Of a stretch of DNA of 64,000 bases, positions 1-12,984 are shown piece after piece. The stretch comes from Lama glama. Its lineage: Eukaryota. The translations under genes were made by a program, and so were the position numbers. Every line of letters begins with the position of its first letter. Position 1 is the stretch's first letter. The notes under the pieces are model-generated. The model did no database searches, was not told the origin of the DNA, and was given only the letters and a program-made list of their open reading frames with translations. The DNA is taken from positions 1,614,001 to 1,678,000 of the forward strand of contig CM052817.1 in NCBI GenBank assembly GCA_028534125.1. Direction: 5' to 3'.

Positions 1-3000
1 CAAGGGGTCCGGCTGTGTGCTGGCGTGGAGGCTTCGAAGAGGAGGCTGCGAGAAAGCAGAAGGGGCCAGAGAGGTCGGGCCGTGGGTGGGGGAGGGTTTT
101 AAGCAAGGGCTGGTTTCTTTTCAAAGCTCACCCTGGGGTCTGGAGACCACACCCCGCCGCACAGACGCACAAGCCCCCTCCCCCGCGGCGGTGGCTGTGC
201 GGATGCTTGCTTCAAAGGCTTGGGCAAATGGGACCTGCAGGAGGGCTAGGTGTGCGGTGCGGGCAGCGGGGCAGGCGCCCACGGTGAAGTTGGTGATCTG
301 CACTGAGGGGCCGCCGGGGCTGGGGAAGGCAGACCTGGTGAGGCTGGGCTGTACCAGGCTCTGGTAGTTCCTACTCTGTCCCCTCCCCAGTCCTCTTTGC
401 TGCCTTTTCCGGCTGACAGTCGTGTGACCCCATGGCTGTCTCCCTGGGGAGGGGGAGGGTGTCCCTGGAGTGTTCACTGAGCTGTGTCCCCTCTGCCACC
501 CAGTACAGGCCACCCCAGCCCTGTGGCAGGTCCCCGGCCGAGAGTAGGAGGCCTTAAGGGCTGGCACTCAGGAACTTGGTCCCTGGCTCTGCTGATCAGA
601 AGCCGCCTTGCCTCTGGGGACCTCAGTTAGGCAGACAGTTAGATGAGAGCATTTGCCTTGTCCATGATGGGCCTGCGGGGCAGACGGCAGGGCCAGGCGG
701 GTGCTCTGCCTGCCCGTGGGGATTTGGTGAAGCCCCCTAAGGCTGCTGTGTCAGGGGTGGGGTGCAGGGAGGTTGGGCAGAGGGAGAGGCCCTGACTAGA
801 GCCGCCCACCCCTCTGAGGAAGGGCCGGCCTGGATGAGCCTCCAGAGACCCCCGCCTCCAGCCCCGCACTGGGCTCTGGGGACCCCCTGAGGGCACCCCT
901 CCCTGGCCTGACTGTGGGGCATCAGGGTGTCTTGCGGAGACCTGAATTTGCGGAGTGGTCAGGGAGGGTGTGCGAGCCGTCTGTTGTGGTCGGGCATCAG
1001 CGGGTTGAGGGCCTTGAACCCGAGACTAAGCACAGTCGCCTTTGAGAGTCGCCTCCCTGCTGTGGCTGGGAGCGGGGCTCAGAGTCGGCGGGTGGAGTGT
1101 AGGAGGGTGGTTGTGGGGTGCAGGATCCCACAGGACCATTGGCCTTGGAAGAGGGACGGTGTGCCCAATCGCAGAGTGGCTGGATGGAGACCCCTCCTGT
1201 CCCGCCGCCGCTCTCTCCTGTCTCCTGCCCCATCTGTGAAGACGGCCCGGAGGGGCAGGGGAGGCTAAGGCTGGGCCCCTTTCCTGCACCAACCTGGGCC
1301 CACTGCCAGACCCTTCTCCTCACTGGGCCTCTGAACAATGGGGCAGTGTGAGGGCGCCTGGGAACGGTGGGGTCAGCCCGGCCCCCTGTGGGCCCCTGCC
1401 GAGGGGCTCGGACAGGAGCCAGCGGCCGTGAGTCATCGGTCCAGCGCCCGCCTGGGGTTCCCAGGCCAAGGAGGAACAGCTGCTCTCAGTCCCCCAGCTC
1501 TGGGGGCCGGCCTGGGGCTCCTTCCCTCTTTTGCCCTCCGTCTGTGCCTCTTCCTGCGCGCGCTCTCTGGCTCTCTCCCTGCTGGGCCTGTCTGCCTCCC
1601 TGCCGCTGCCCAGCCAGAGACCTGGGCCTGGGAATGGCCGCGGCCTGCTCCCTGGGGCCCCTGCCCACAGCAGCCAGGCAGAAGGGCTGGCTGTCACATG
1701 GTGACCCCTCTCCCAGCTGGCAGGGTCCCCAGGGGGTGGCCAGTGAGAGAGCAGGACCCGCCCCAGACAAGAGACCTCCGGAGGCCAACCTGAAGTTTAC
1801 TGAAAAACGGAAGATGACCAAAAGCAAGAGAAAATGCAATAGAGTTAAAGACTAAGAGGCTGAAAATTGCTCGACAGCATTAAAGAAAGAAAATTGAAAA
1901 CAGCTCAGAAGTGCTCAGAAATATTAACATTAGAGAAAAAAGGACAAAAATAAGTGGGTTAAAACTGAAGACCAAGCAAACCCTAAGACGCCGAAGTGAG
2001 AGGAAGGAGGGCAGGGCCTTAGGGCAGGGACGCGGCCGTGACGGATTGCAGCCTGTGGCAGATAGTTCTCGGGAAAGCCAGTGGCCCAGGGACCCCCAGA
2101 GGTGTACGGAAGCCTAGATGGGGGCCATACCCCGTGTGCCTGGGCCCTGGTGCCCTTTGCCCTGACCTGGGAGCTCTGACCTGGTGAAACGCTGGGAGGC
2201 ACCCCGGAGCTTTGCGGTGGTCAAAGGGAGGCCACTGAGGCACAAGATCCTAAGGAGATGAGTAATGGAACAGATGCTGCTGGGGCCCAGGCCAGTGTTC
2301 CTGGCGGCCGACCCTGCGATGCCCCGCAGGTGGTTGCAGTGTGGCGGGCTCATGCAGCAAGTGCCCCTGCGGCACGCCAGCATCAGGTGTGAGTCCCATC
2401 CACACTCAGCTGGACACGTGGCCCTGCCAAGTGGTTCTGGACCGGACCTGCCTTTGTCCCTCCTGTCTGAAAGTGTGCACCTCTTCCCACCCCAGCCCAA
2501 CCCCAGGCCCTTTGGATAAGCGCCTTCCTATCCAAGACACTTTCCATGGCATCTCCTGCTTGGCTACTGCACGTCGATGCTAGCTGATGTGTCACCGTGT
2601 CTGGGTGGATGGGTTGTCACAAGGGTGTGAGTCAGAGGTGGCTGCCTCTCCAGCAGATTAGGAGCCCCAGACAGAGGGCGAGGCCAACTTGGATCCCCAG
2701 GGCTGAAGGGTGCAGTGTTTGCCTGCAGGTGGCAATGCCCTGACTGTCTTCCTTTGCCCCAGCACCAGGGAACCAGCAGTGGCGAGCAGGGCTCAGAATG
2801 GGGGCTTGTGGCCGGAAGAGTCTCCTGACGAGGCCCCCTGGGCACTGGAGATAAGTGTAAAACAGAGGCAGACCCTGAATTCATGAGGATAGGCTGGCAT
2901 GTGCCTGTTCCCGCACTCGGTATGTCCCACCGCTTGTGCCCCAGCCTCTGCCCAGAACCCAGGGGCCCTCCTCCCACTGCCCACTGGTCTGGTGGGTTTT

Positions 3001-6000
3001 CTGCCAGGTGAAAGCCAGCATCCTTCCAGAGAGGAGGTCCTGGGGCTCCTCCTCCTCCTTACACCCCCTCAGAGCCAGGTGTGGCCAGAATGCCAGGCTG
3101 CATGGTGTGGATGAGGAGGCCCTGGCTCTGGACCACACAGGCAGTGCTGGCAAGGGAGCCATGGCTGCAGCCCATCAGCCTCGACTTCCTCGTCAGGAAA
3201 GCAGGAGACTGGGCAGTCAGGGACTGAGTGGGCCACGGAGTGGACTCCTTGGCCCTGGGTGGACATTCCTGGAGGGTGTTCCCTGCCTTTGGCTTGGCTC
3301 TCCTGTCCCAAGAGGTGGGCTGCAGGCAGGAAAGCGCCCCCCCACCTTCGTGACCCCCCCATCTTGGCTTTAGCAGGTGGGGAGTCTGTCCCCACAGGTT
3401 GTTCATGTGACATCAGTGTCCCTAGGAGGGTCTGGCTGGTGGTATAGCCTGTGCTCCTGAAGCCTGGGCTGGTGGCAGAAACCAGGCCCTTTGCTGAGGG
3501 CAGGACCAGGCTCTGTGTGGCGGGGAGGGAGGCCTGGCACCCAGCACCAGAACCCCCTCTGGGGCCTCCTGCAGCCCAGCAGGGTGAGGCTCAGCGAGCG
3601 TGAGCAGAGGAAGCCAGGGTGGCGTGACCCAAGGAGCGGACACAATGGTGACTGGGAAGGGGGTGGAGCAGGCTGGATTCGGGGAAGTCCTGCTTTCTGA
3701 GGGTTCCTGTCTGCCCAGGGTCAGCCTGATGCTGCCCCCTCTGGGCGTCCTGACAAAGGTACTTAGTGGATTCTCCCAAGCACACCCCTTGGACCCCAGA
3801 AGCAGTGTCAGGCAGCCTGGTCTGCCTGGGGCCTGGTCCACCTGCTGCGAGGTGTGAGGGTGCATTGTCTGGGCCCCACGCCTGCTCTGCCAGTGGTGAC
3901 TACTGGCCTTGCTTTGTGGACAAGGATGCCTGAGGCTGGAAGAAGTCAAGTGCCTGGCCAAGGTCATTCCAGGGATGTCCAGGCCTTGCTCCGTGGACAG
4001 CAGAGCCCCTGCACTAGGCATCTCTCATTGCAGCCAAGGGTCCCCCAGGGATGGAGAAGTGGGGATGCTTGGGGCAAGATGAATGGTTTAATTCAGTAAA
4101 TGAGCTCCAGGATTGGACCCCATGCAGAGTAAGGAGTGCCCACGAATGGGGTGGGATCTGCACCCCACTAGCTCGTGCTGTGGGGGTATCAGTGCTGTTT
4201 CATGCCTGGTCCACTCTGGGGACACCGAGGGGACAGACACAAGGAATGACTGTCCCCCGGAGCTATGTCAAGAGAGGGGCGGACAGTCAACAGACTGAAA
4301 ACGCTGCAGCCAGTGTGCAGGGGGCGTGAGCGGGGCGAAGCGGCTCCTAGGAGCTGGGAGGGGGTCCTGCACGTGGGCAGAGCCTGTGCAGGAGGAGGGA
4401 CGGGGCTGTGTGTGCGCCTAGTGGGTGTGGCTGTGGGGCCGAGGAGGTGAAGGGAAATGGCTCTGGGCTGAGCCAGCCACCGGGACACGTGTCTGTCACC
4501 TTTGGGTGGAGTTTCTAACCCTGGGAATGTGACTCAGTGGTGGGCAGGGAGGCCGGGTGCTGGGGGTCCAGACCCGCGAGGGCAGGGTGGAAAGGAGTTG
4601 CCTGGCTCCCAGCAGGAGCGGTTCAGGAGAGCGTTCTCCCTTCCTGACACGACCAACTGAACCCCTGGGGTGACCCTGCCCAGCCATGCCAGGTGGTGCT
4701 CAGGATAGCCCCACGGTTACCTGAGGAAACGGGCTCAGAGCAGGCCACAAGGTTAGGACTGAACCCAGCCCGTCCCCAGGGAAGCCTGTGCGCTAACCAC
4801 AGTGCCATCCTGCCCCTCAAGGTCCTGTGGGTGGAGCAGCCCCCGCGGTGGACAGGAGCATCTGAAGGGGAGCGCCTCCCGGGGGCAGGGCCTGTGCTCC
4901 ATGCAGGGTGCCCACGCTGGCTGCGTGCTTGGCCGTGAGCCTCTTCAGGCCAGGCGGCGGGTGGGGAGGGGCTGGCAAGTGGGGCGGGCTGCAGCCGTGG
5001 GCGAGGGGCCAGGAACGGGGGATGGGCCTGCCACACGTCAGCACTCTGGAGAGTTTCTTTCTCAGGCAATTAAAAGGTGGAAACTTGTCAGAGTCATGAT
5101 GACTGAAGTGTGAATCCTGAAACGCCTCTGCTGGCTTGTGGTTTGAGGCAAGAGTGGAGCCGGGGAGTGACGCTGCCAACCTGCCCCTCCCCCGACCCCA
5201 CTGCCCGCACCACCGCCTGCCATGGACCCTGGGCCTGATGGTGGACCTGGGCCCGGAGGCCCTGCCAGCCAGCCTCCGCCCACTGACGGGCTGCTCCTCA
5301 GGCCCAAGAGCCCTGCCCAGGGCTCTGCTGAGGGTCCCCTGCACCTGGACTCTCGGAGGGCCTCCAGCCCCGCTCCCTGTGCTGAGCCAGTCCTCAGCCC
5401 TGGCCCTTGAGAAATGCTGCCCAGTTTGGGAGCGATGGCTCCAGGCAGGACACCAGGCCTAGGGAGGGGGCCCGGGTGGGCTGTGGGGCTGAGCGGGCTT
5501 TATGAGTCCTCAGTGGAGGCAGAGCTTAAGGGCCAAGGGTCCCAGAGTAGAGATCACACCCCGCCTCCATTTGGCCCTCGCCAGGCTCCACGTGGACAGC
5601 TGTCCATGCCAGCCTCTTCTGCATATGCCCTAGCCTCTTGGCCCTCGACAGGAGTGGCGGGGCTGCCTCTCGCCTCCACCCTGGGCAGCCCTGAGAAGCC
5701 CTGGGGGCCTCCTAGACCCCAGCATACCGCTGAATTCTGGGGATGCTGGCCTGTTCTCTGTTTTTTCTTGTTTGTTTTTTTCCTGTTCTGTCTTTTGCAA
5801 TGAGCAGATTCGAATGCTCACCCGGTGCACGGCAGCTTATCTTAACAAGCAGAGGTCCTGGGGCAATGGGACTTTGCTGCAGCCACTGGACATTCGTTTT
5901 TATTGGGGGTCAGATTAGCTCCAGGTCACTGTTCTCTCTGGCTCTAAGGGACGGTCCAGGCATGTGCTGGTTATACCATATCAGGGGTGTAGCCGTGTGC

Positions 6001-6649
6001 GTAGACGTGACCCTGAACCCATCCGTCCTGCCATCCGTCTGTCTCTCTGCCCCTGCTGTGGGCCAGTCACTGACCTGGGCTGTTGGGACTCAGTGGGACC
6101 CAGACCCATGGGGAGTGCTGGGGGACACATGTGACACTCTGGTGGACAAGGCTGAGCTATTGACTTGGAGAATTCAGAGAATGCAGTGAGGTTCTAGATG
6201 GTTCTGTTCTCAAAGGAGGAGCAAGCATTTGTTGGAGAATAGAGTTCTAGGTGGAGGAGACTGCCTGTACTGGGAATGGGGCACGGTGGTCCTGTGTGAC
6301 AGGCCCCGGGCCCAGGGCCCAGGGCAGCAGCAGGGGCCGGACCCCATCCATGGTGGTGGAAATGGCCTGATGGAGCCAAGGAAGGGTTGGCCAGGGGCGT
6401 GAACTAGAGGCCAGGAGGTGAGTCCAGCAAGTCTGGTGGGTGTGGGCTGGGCACGGCCTCAGAGCCCGTGCAGGGAGGGGTGGAAGGTGATGGGCCAGGC
6501 TTGCAGGAGGCTCCTGGCGCCGATTTGCCCCATCCAGCTGGATGCCCACGGAGGGGCACTGCACACACAGACTGCGTCACCCTCTAGGGTTTCAGATTAA
6601 CCGGAGCCTGCACTTCGAACAGGGGAAGGACTTCGGGGAAAGCCTGTGT

Positions 6650-7435
6650 CAAACACTTTCCCACGGCTGCCCTAGCAAAATACCTCACGCTGGGGGCTGG
6701 GAAAAACACAAAAGTCTTCTCACAGCCCTGGAGGCCAGAATCCAAAATCAAGGTGCCAGCAGGGCCGCGCTCCCTCAGGAGGCTCCTGGGGAGACTCCCT
6801 CCTCCGCCGCCGCCTCTTCCAGCTTCAGCGGCTGCCCGCAGTCCGCGGCTTCCTCGGTTTACGGCCGCATCACTCCAGCCTCTGCCTCTCTTCACAGCGC
6901 CTTCTCCTCGGTGTCTCTTCTCCTTTTATTTTTTAGTTTAAAGTATACAGTTTGGTGGTCTGATCTGCATGTATTGTGAAGTGGTTACCACAGTGGGTTC
7001 AGCTAACATCCCTCTTCTCATAGATGCGATAAAAAGAATACAAAAAAGAGAAAAAGAAGTTTTCCCTGCGATGAGACCTCTTAGGATTTACTCCCTTAAC
7101 AACTTTCCTGTAAACCACACAGCCGTGTTCGCTGTAGTCTCCGTGTTGTTCGTGACCCCCCCAGGACTCTGGAACTGTGTACCTTTCGACCACCTGCCCC
7201 CCACTCCTTCCCCCTCTGCACCTGGTAATCACAGTCTGATTTCCTTTGCTATGAGGGCTTTTTTTTTTGTCTCTTACAAGGATGCTTGTTGTTAGACTTA
7301 GGGCCCATTTGGCTAATCCAGGATGAGCTCCTTAATTACACATGCAAAGATCCTTTTTCCAAATAAGGTCCTGACTATTGTTCCCCAGGACCAGGACTTG
7401 GACATGTGTCTCTAAGGGCCCCATTCAGCCCACTC
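6650..7435. mobile_element. MaLR LTR (MLT1-like) split by an L1 3'-end fragment
   Basis: MLT1-type motifs on the left (tctcacagccctggaggccagaatccaaaatcaaggtgccagcagggcc) and right (aatccaggatga...ttaattacacatgcaaagatcctttttccaaataaggtc); subfamily from recalled consensus only. Confidence 0.7.
6920..7267 (-). mobile_element. L1 3'-terminal fragment, antisense, inserted in the MLT1 LTR
   Basis: T-rich start followed by tttaaagtatacagt...tgtattgtgaagtggttaccacagt...cttaggatttactcccttaacaactttc, typical of the reverse strand of L1 3' UTRs; possible TSD TGTCTCTT at 6912-6919 and 7268-7275. Confidence 0.65.
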
Positions 7436-9575
7436 TCCTTACTGGGTGACCCTGGGCAAGACCCTGCTCTCTGGGCCACCCACTCCCTCTGCCCAGCTGG
7501 ATGGTGCCCAGGACCAAGTTCCCGGGAATCCTCCAGCCCTGAGCTGGAAGGCAGGTGACCGGGCAGTGAGGCTCAGAGAGGGGAGGGGCTCATGGCCTGG
7601 GAGGATGGGGGCTGAGGAGGCAGGTCCACGACTGGCTGTGGGTGGCCCTGGGTGCTTTGCAAGGGACCTTGAGGCTTTCACCAGTGGGGCTTCCAGTCAC
7701 CTGGCCCTGGGTGGCAGCGGGTTCCTGTCCTCATGCCTGTTTCCTGGCCATCCACCCGGCCAGCGCTCTCTCTGACCCCAGGGTCCTCATGGTCAGTGCA
7801 GGTGAGCAGGCTGTGAGTGCCGCGGGCGGGGGGGGGGCAGGCTCCATGGGTGCTGTGGAGGTGGTGCCCTGCGGGGCACTGGCCTCCCTCCAGAGCAGGC
7901 TGAGCATCCCAGGAACCCAGAAGTTTCTCCCTCTCTCTTTTTCAGGCCGACTCTTGGCTCCCACCCACCCTGCTGACTGGCTCCCACCCACCCTGGTAAG
8001 TGCCCTGAGTCTGGCATGGTGGGTGGTCCCCAGACTGGAGCTTTGAGGTCTCAGGGCTGGGGGAGGAGCTGCAGCTTGGGGAGGTGGGGATGGAAGACCA
8101 GAGCGGCCCAGTATGGGGACCCTAGCCCCGCCTATCTTGTGGCTTGGATACCAGTGTGGGGTCACCTCCAGGGTTATTTCTAGCATTGTGTGAAAGGTTG
8201 TGGAGCTCCCACTATTAGAGGAGGGGGCGCTGAGCACCCTCGGTTTCAGGAATATGAAGGGCAGCGTTATTTGCTGCAGGGATGACCTGCTGCCTCTGGT
8301 GATAGGAGGGTACACAGAGAAATTGAGGCCCAGAGTGGAAGGGCCTGCGGAGGTCACAAAGCAGCCCAGGGATCCTGACCTTAGCCTCCTAGAGGGATAC
8401 AAGGGTTGGGGAAGGGGCCAACATGGGTCTGACTTCCATGGAGACCCCTGCTCCTCTGCTAGGGGCTGTGACTCCCCCTGCAGCATCAGGGTGCAAAGCC
8501 AGGGCTCTAGCGGGTGTGGCCCTCTGCCCGCCCCCACCCGGCTGTGGTCATGTGACTGGGGGCTCTCTGGGGCAAGGGCCGGGGAGGCTTTGGCTCCTGC
8601 CTCCACCCCAGGCCTCCTCAGCCACCTTCCATCTGTCCAGTGCGGGTGGGCATCCCAGAGAGACTGCATCTGAGGGGGCCCGGGCAGGGGCCAGGGAGTG
8701 GCAGAAGTGTGCTTTGCCACGTGGGTCATAAGTGCTTTCTAGCAAGCCAGGTGTTCTCAGAGCCAGCAGAGTGATGGTGCCTGGAGGTGTGCAAGCCCCC
8801 GCTCTGTCACAGAGCCTGCGGGGGGGGGGCAGGAAGGCCTCAGGGAGGGGGAGGGAGGGTGATGGGGAAACGCCTGGCCCAGGCTCAGAACCGGTCCCTT
8901 GGTCCCTTGGTGTCAAAGGGCAGAGAGGTGGCCACTTGAAACCCAAAGGCTTCTGGTACAAGAGGCATAGCCCCTCTGTATCCTCAGAGGACAGAGCAGG
9001 GCAGCAGGGTCCATGTCGGTGGCAAGAGCTCCTGGGGAGGTGGTGAGCTCCAGTGTGTGTCAGTGCCAGCTTCTTGTGGGGTGTCTCTTGTGCCAGAGAA
9101 GCTGGGCCTGACACCCTGGGATTCGAGGCTCTGATGATTTGCTGGGAAGAAGCCAAATATGCAGAGGTGGCCCTGGGGGGGAACTGGCGGGGAGCTTCCT
9201 CCCAGGGGACACAGCTGGCGTTGCCCTGGGGCCTGGAGAGCTGTGGTCTCTGACCACAGAGGGGGATGGCTAAAACCCAGCAGGCCAAACGGCACCGTCT
9301 GGGCACAGCGCTGGGCCTTGGATGGGCCTCAGGCCCTCGAGGGTGGAAGGCAGGAAGTGCTGGCTACCCGGGGCTGCCCAGGGACCCGGCAACAGGAAGT
9401 CCTGGGCGGGGAGGAAGCCCTGGAGGCCACAGGCCCCAGATGCAGCGGGCGGCTGTCAGGAGGAGGGATCCTCGGGCCCAACCAGCCGGACAGCACTCTG
9501 GGCAGCGTGGAGGCATCAGGCTTCACCCGCCTGGGGGATGCAGTCTGAATCTCCGCCCCATGGCCCCTGAGCCAC

Positions 9576-9658
9576 ATGGCCTTCCTGGGTCCCGGGACAC
9601 CTGCCCTCAGGCCGTCGCCAGGCAGGAAGAGAGCCATGTGCTGGGTCAGTGCCACAAG
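9576..9658 (+). CDS. SH3BP2: SH3BP2 alternative coding first exon (distal); adds a 29-aa N-terminal extension MAFLGPGTPALRPSPGRKRAMCWVSATSF
   Basis: ATG at 9576; donor AG|gtcagt after 9658; 83 nt plus the 4 nt (CTTC) of exon 2 before its ATG = 87 nt, in frame. Peptide closely resembles the recalled human isoform N-terminus MASLGPRTPAPSRSRGRRAMCWVSTISF. Confidence 0.8.
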
Positions 9659-10724
9659 GTCAGTGGGGTGCCCCTGGGACTGGGGGCTCGGGGGCTGGGG
9701 CCAGCCCAGTGTCTGTAGAACCACTCGGGGTGGCCCCGCATGGGGGCCGGGGCCCTCATCAGGGCCTGCGTGGGGCTCCCAGGGCGCTGGCCCTGGGCCC
9801 TTGCGAGGAGAGCCCTGGGAGCTCGACACGGGACGTGGGCTCCCAGAGAGGGAGCCGCTGCTGGGGCACCCCTGCCCCACGTCAGGTGCCGCCCAGCCTG
9901 CAGCAGGCAGGATGGGGGAGGGCCTGGTCCAGGTGAGCCTTCCCACCGTACGCCCTGCCAGGGTCGCCTTGGCGTTTGGGCCCAGCATTGTGTGTGTGAG
10001 TGTTGTGAGCATGATGGCATGAGAGTGTGTGTGACTGTGAGAGTGCGCAGTGTGCCTGCACTTGGGGGGCAGAGAGCTGTGTCAGCTCCCCACGCCGGCC
10101 TGCCCCGAGAGTGCCCTGCCTGGGGGCCTGGCAGGGAGCTGAAGAGCCCCAGGGTCTCAGGGGGCCCAGCCCAGGTTGCGCCTCCCTCCCTCCAGCGTGG
10201 CTGGCCTCCAGAGATTTTTGGTTTCCATTCTGTTACCGAGAAAGTTTCTGGGAAGAGGAAGGGGGAGGAGAAACTGAAAGGGGAGACAGAATGAGCTGGG
10301 GTGAGAGCTGCGGCCCCGCGCCACGCCACCTAGCGGCCCCCCACCGTCCGGGCGGGGTGAGTGCTCCCCCATTCACTGGCTGTGTTCCTTTTGAATTATT
10401 CAGCTTCTCTGACCCTCGGTGTCTTCCTCTGTGACTCGGGGATGATGCTGGTCCACACCTCAGGGGGCAATGGGGTGATGACGTGGGGTGAGCCCTGAGA
10501 AGCACAGAGCCTGGCCCATGGTGAGTGCCCTCTCCTGGCCTCAGTTTCCTAGTCTGTAAAATGGGAGTCAAGCCCCACCAATTGGCTTTAACGAGCCATC
10601 TGGGTGCACCTGGCACTGGGCCAGGGCAGGGCTGTGGGGCAGTGATGATGATTCTGACTTGCGCCCAAGCTGCTTGCCCGGGGCACTGGGGCCACCCATG
10701 AAGGGTCTTGTTAGCTGCTGGAGG

Positions 10725-11000
10725 CTGTGTGTGTGAATACACTTGTGAGTGGTGTGTATGTAGGAGTGCAAATGTGCATATACATGTGTGAGTACATATG
10801 AGTGCAAGCAGGTGTGTGTGAGAATGTGCACATGTGTGAATGAGTATGCGCAGCGTATGTGTGTGAATGAGTGCATGTGTATGTACGAGTACATGTGTGT
10901 ACGTGTGCACATAAGAGTATATGTGAGTATATGCAGATGGACGTGTATGACCGTGTGTATGTGTCTTTGAGCCTGAGTGTGTGAGTGTGCGAATGGGTGC
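10725..11000. repeat. Degenerate (TG)n/(RY)n low-complexity repeat
   Basis: Long imperfect alternating purine-pyrimidine tract (gtgtgtgaatacac...gtatgtgtgtgaatgagtgcatgtgtatg). Confidence 0.85.
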
Positions 11001-12984
11001 ACTGGGGGACCTGGGACCCCAACCTTACGTCACCCTGCAGCTCCCACAAGTGGGCCAGCCTGGTCACTACTGTCAGGAACCCCCTGACACTGGTCACACG
11101 AGGCGCCAGCTCCTTACCACAACCAGGGCCGAGTCTGCAGGTATTGGAGAGCAGAGCCGAGGGGGCCCTCCCTCCAGGGCCATTGCCAGCTCTCCTGCAC
11201 AGGCTTATATGGGAGCACACGTGTGCACACTTACTGACATGCACACACACTGACATACACATGTGTAAGCTCCCGCATCCAGCCGTGCAGCTCACGCACA
11301 CGTCCTGTGCATGCACTGTCTGCGTGTGGCTGGGGGTGTGGAGCCACAGCACAAGTGTGGGCCTGCGCAGGTGGTGACCACAGGCCCCTGGGGCTCACAG
11401 CCCCAAGGCGGGTGGGAGCCGCAGCGCTAGTGCTTCGGGGAACCCAGCGGGGCCGTCTCTGTGGGACCGAGCGGTTCTCACCTGCCTGCTCAGCCCTCAC
11501 CCTCTGCTGCTGCGGCCTCAGGGTACGCAGACCAGCCTCAAGTTTGAGAGAAGGCGAGGGGGATACAGGAGCAGAGACTGGAGAATGTCCCTGCCCACCC
11601 CCCTGCCCAGTGTGTGCCTGAGCTCATGCACACGTGCAGGCTGAAGCACACATCCACACGTGTGCACACACAAAATCACACACCTCCTGGAAGGGCCCAG
11701 GGAGCCCAGCAGCCACCCCATGCCAGCCCCCCTGACCCACCCTGGGTGTCTCCCGAGCCCTGCCCCTGGCAGCCTGGAAGGTGAGTGCTGTCCCTGCTCA
11801 CCGGGTGGCCTCAGTCCCCTCCTATGTGGGGGCAGGTGGTCCTGAGGGCGGCCCTGTCACTGTGCTGCTGGGGTGTCAGGGCGCTGTGAGCACTGGGCTC
11901 TTCCAGGCCCACTTTTAACTGACGGAAGACGAGAGGGCTCAGTGGAGGCCAGGCCTGGCAGGGTTCGAACCCAGGCCTCTGGCAGTTTCCCTGACAGCTC
12001 CCATAGGATGGCTCCGCGGGCACCCTCAGCAGCACAGGGAGGAGGCCCTGCTCTGGATGAGACTGAGGCTTCCTGCCCGTGAGCTGAAAGGAAGGTCGTG
12101 GGGGTCCCTGGGATGAATGGAGGGCGTCCCTGGGGCTCTGTGACGCGGTGGGCACAGAGGGAGACAGCCAGGGAGACTGAGCTGACCAGCTGCGTGGGTG
12201 CCCCTTGGGGACTCCCCTTGACTTTCCTGGGAACCGGTGCAGCTGGAGCCTGTGAGCTGGGCTGAAATTCCCTAAGAGCTATGTGGTCACCACGGCCAGC
12301 ACAGCCCGTTGTTACCCTCCTCTCAGCCACCATGTCCCCTTTTCTGCTCCAGCTGGGCCTGGCACTGGGCATCTGGGCAGGTGCCAACCCAGCTCACCCT
12401 GTGGTGCAGGGTGGGGCCGGGGGGGCCGGGGGCGGCCAGAGGATGCTGAGGCATCAAGACAGGCTTGCCCTTCGACAGTCTGTCCTCTGGAGAGGGGCTG
12501 CGGGTATCGGCACCTGTCCCTGAGGCAGGTGAAGCTGGAGCACAACCAGGCCCTGCCACGACCCGCCCTCCCCACCCAAGATCAGTCAGTGGACCCCTAA
12601 GAGCCCTCACTCTGCCCACAGAGGGACAGTGGCCAGGTGACACTGAGCCCCTCACAGGCCTGTGCCAACCTGCCCACTGAGCTGACCCGAGTGGGGCTGT
12701 GGGCCACCTCAGTTCCTGCCCCCAGCCTCGTGCGGAGCCAGGAGGAGGGGTGGGCTCCATCAGTCCTCACGGCGCTGCCCCTTGGCACCCAGCTCCCAGC
12801 GCACACGCCAGGTCTCCTTATAGACTGGAGAGGGTGCGATATATTGGGCTCAACATTCTATACCTCCTTTGGGGCTGCCTGGGTGCCCTCTCTGTGCTGG
12901 GCCTGAACTGGAGAGGATGCGGAACAGTGACGAAGGACCCCTAGAGGTCAGGGGGGACGGTCTGAAAGAGGGGATGCTTGAGCT

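Noticed and set aside
1790..2010. A-rich, Lys/Arg-rich ORF fragment within GC-rich DNA
   Set aside because: Probably a decayed L1 fragment or low-complexity sequence; interrupted by stops and not assignable.
7731..10329. Long minus-strand ORFs (332, 252, 227 aa)
   Set aside because: No homology I recognise, low-complexity composition, no supporting splice or promoter structure.
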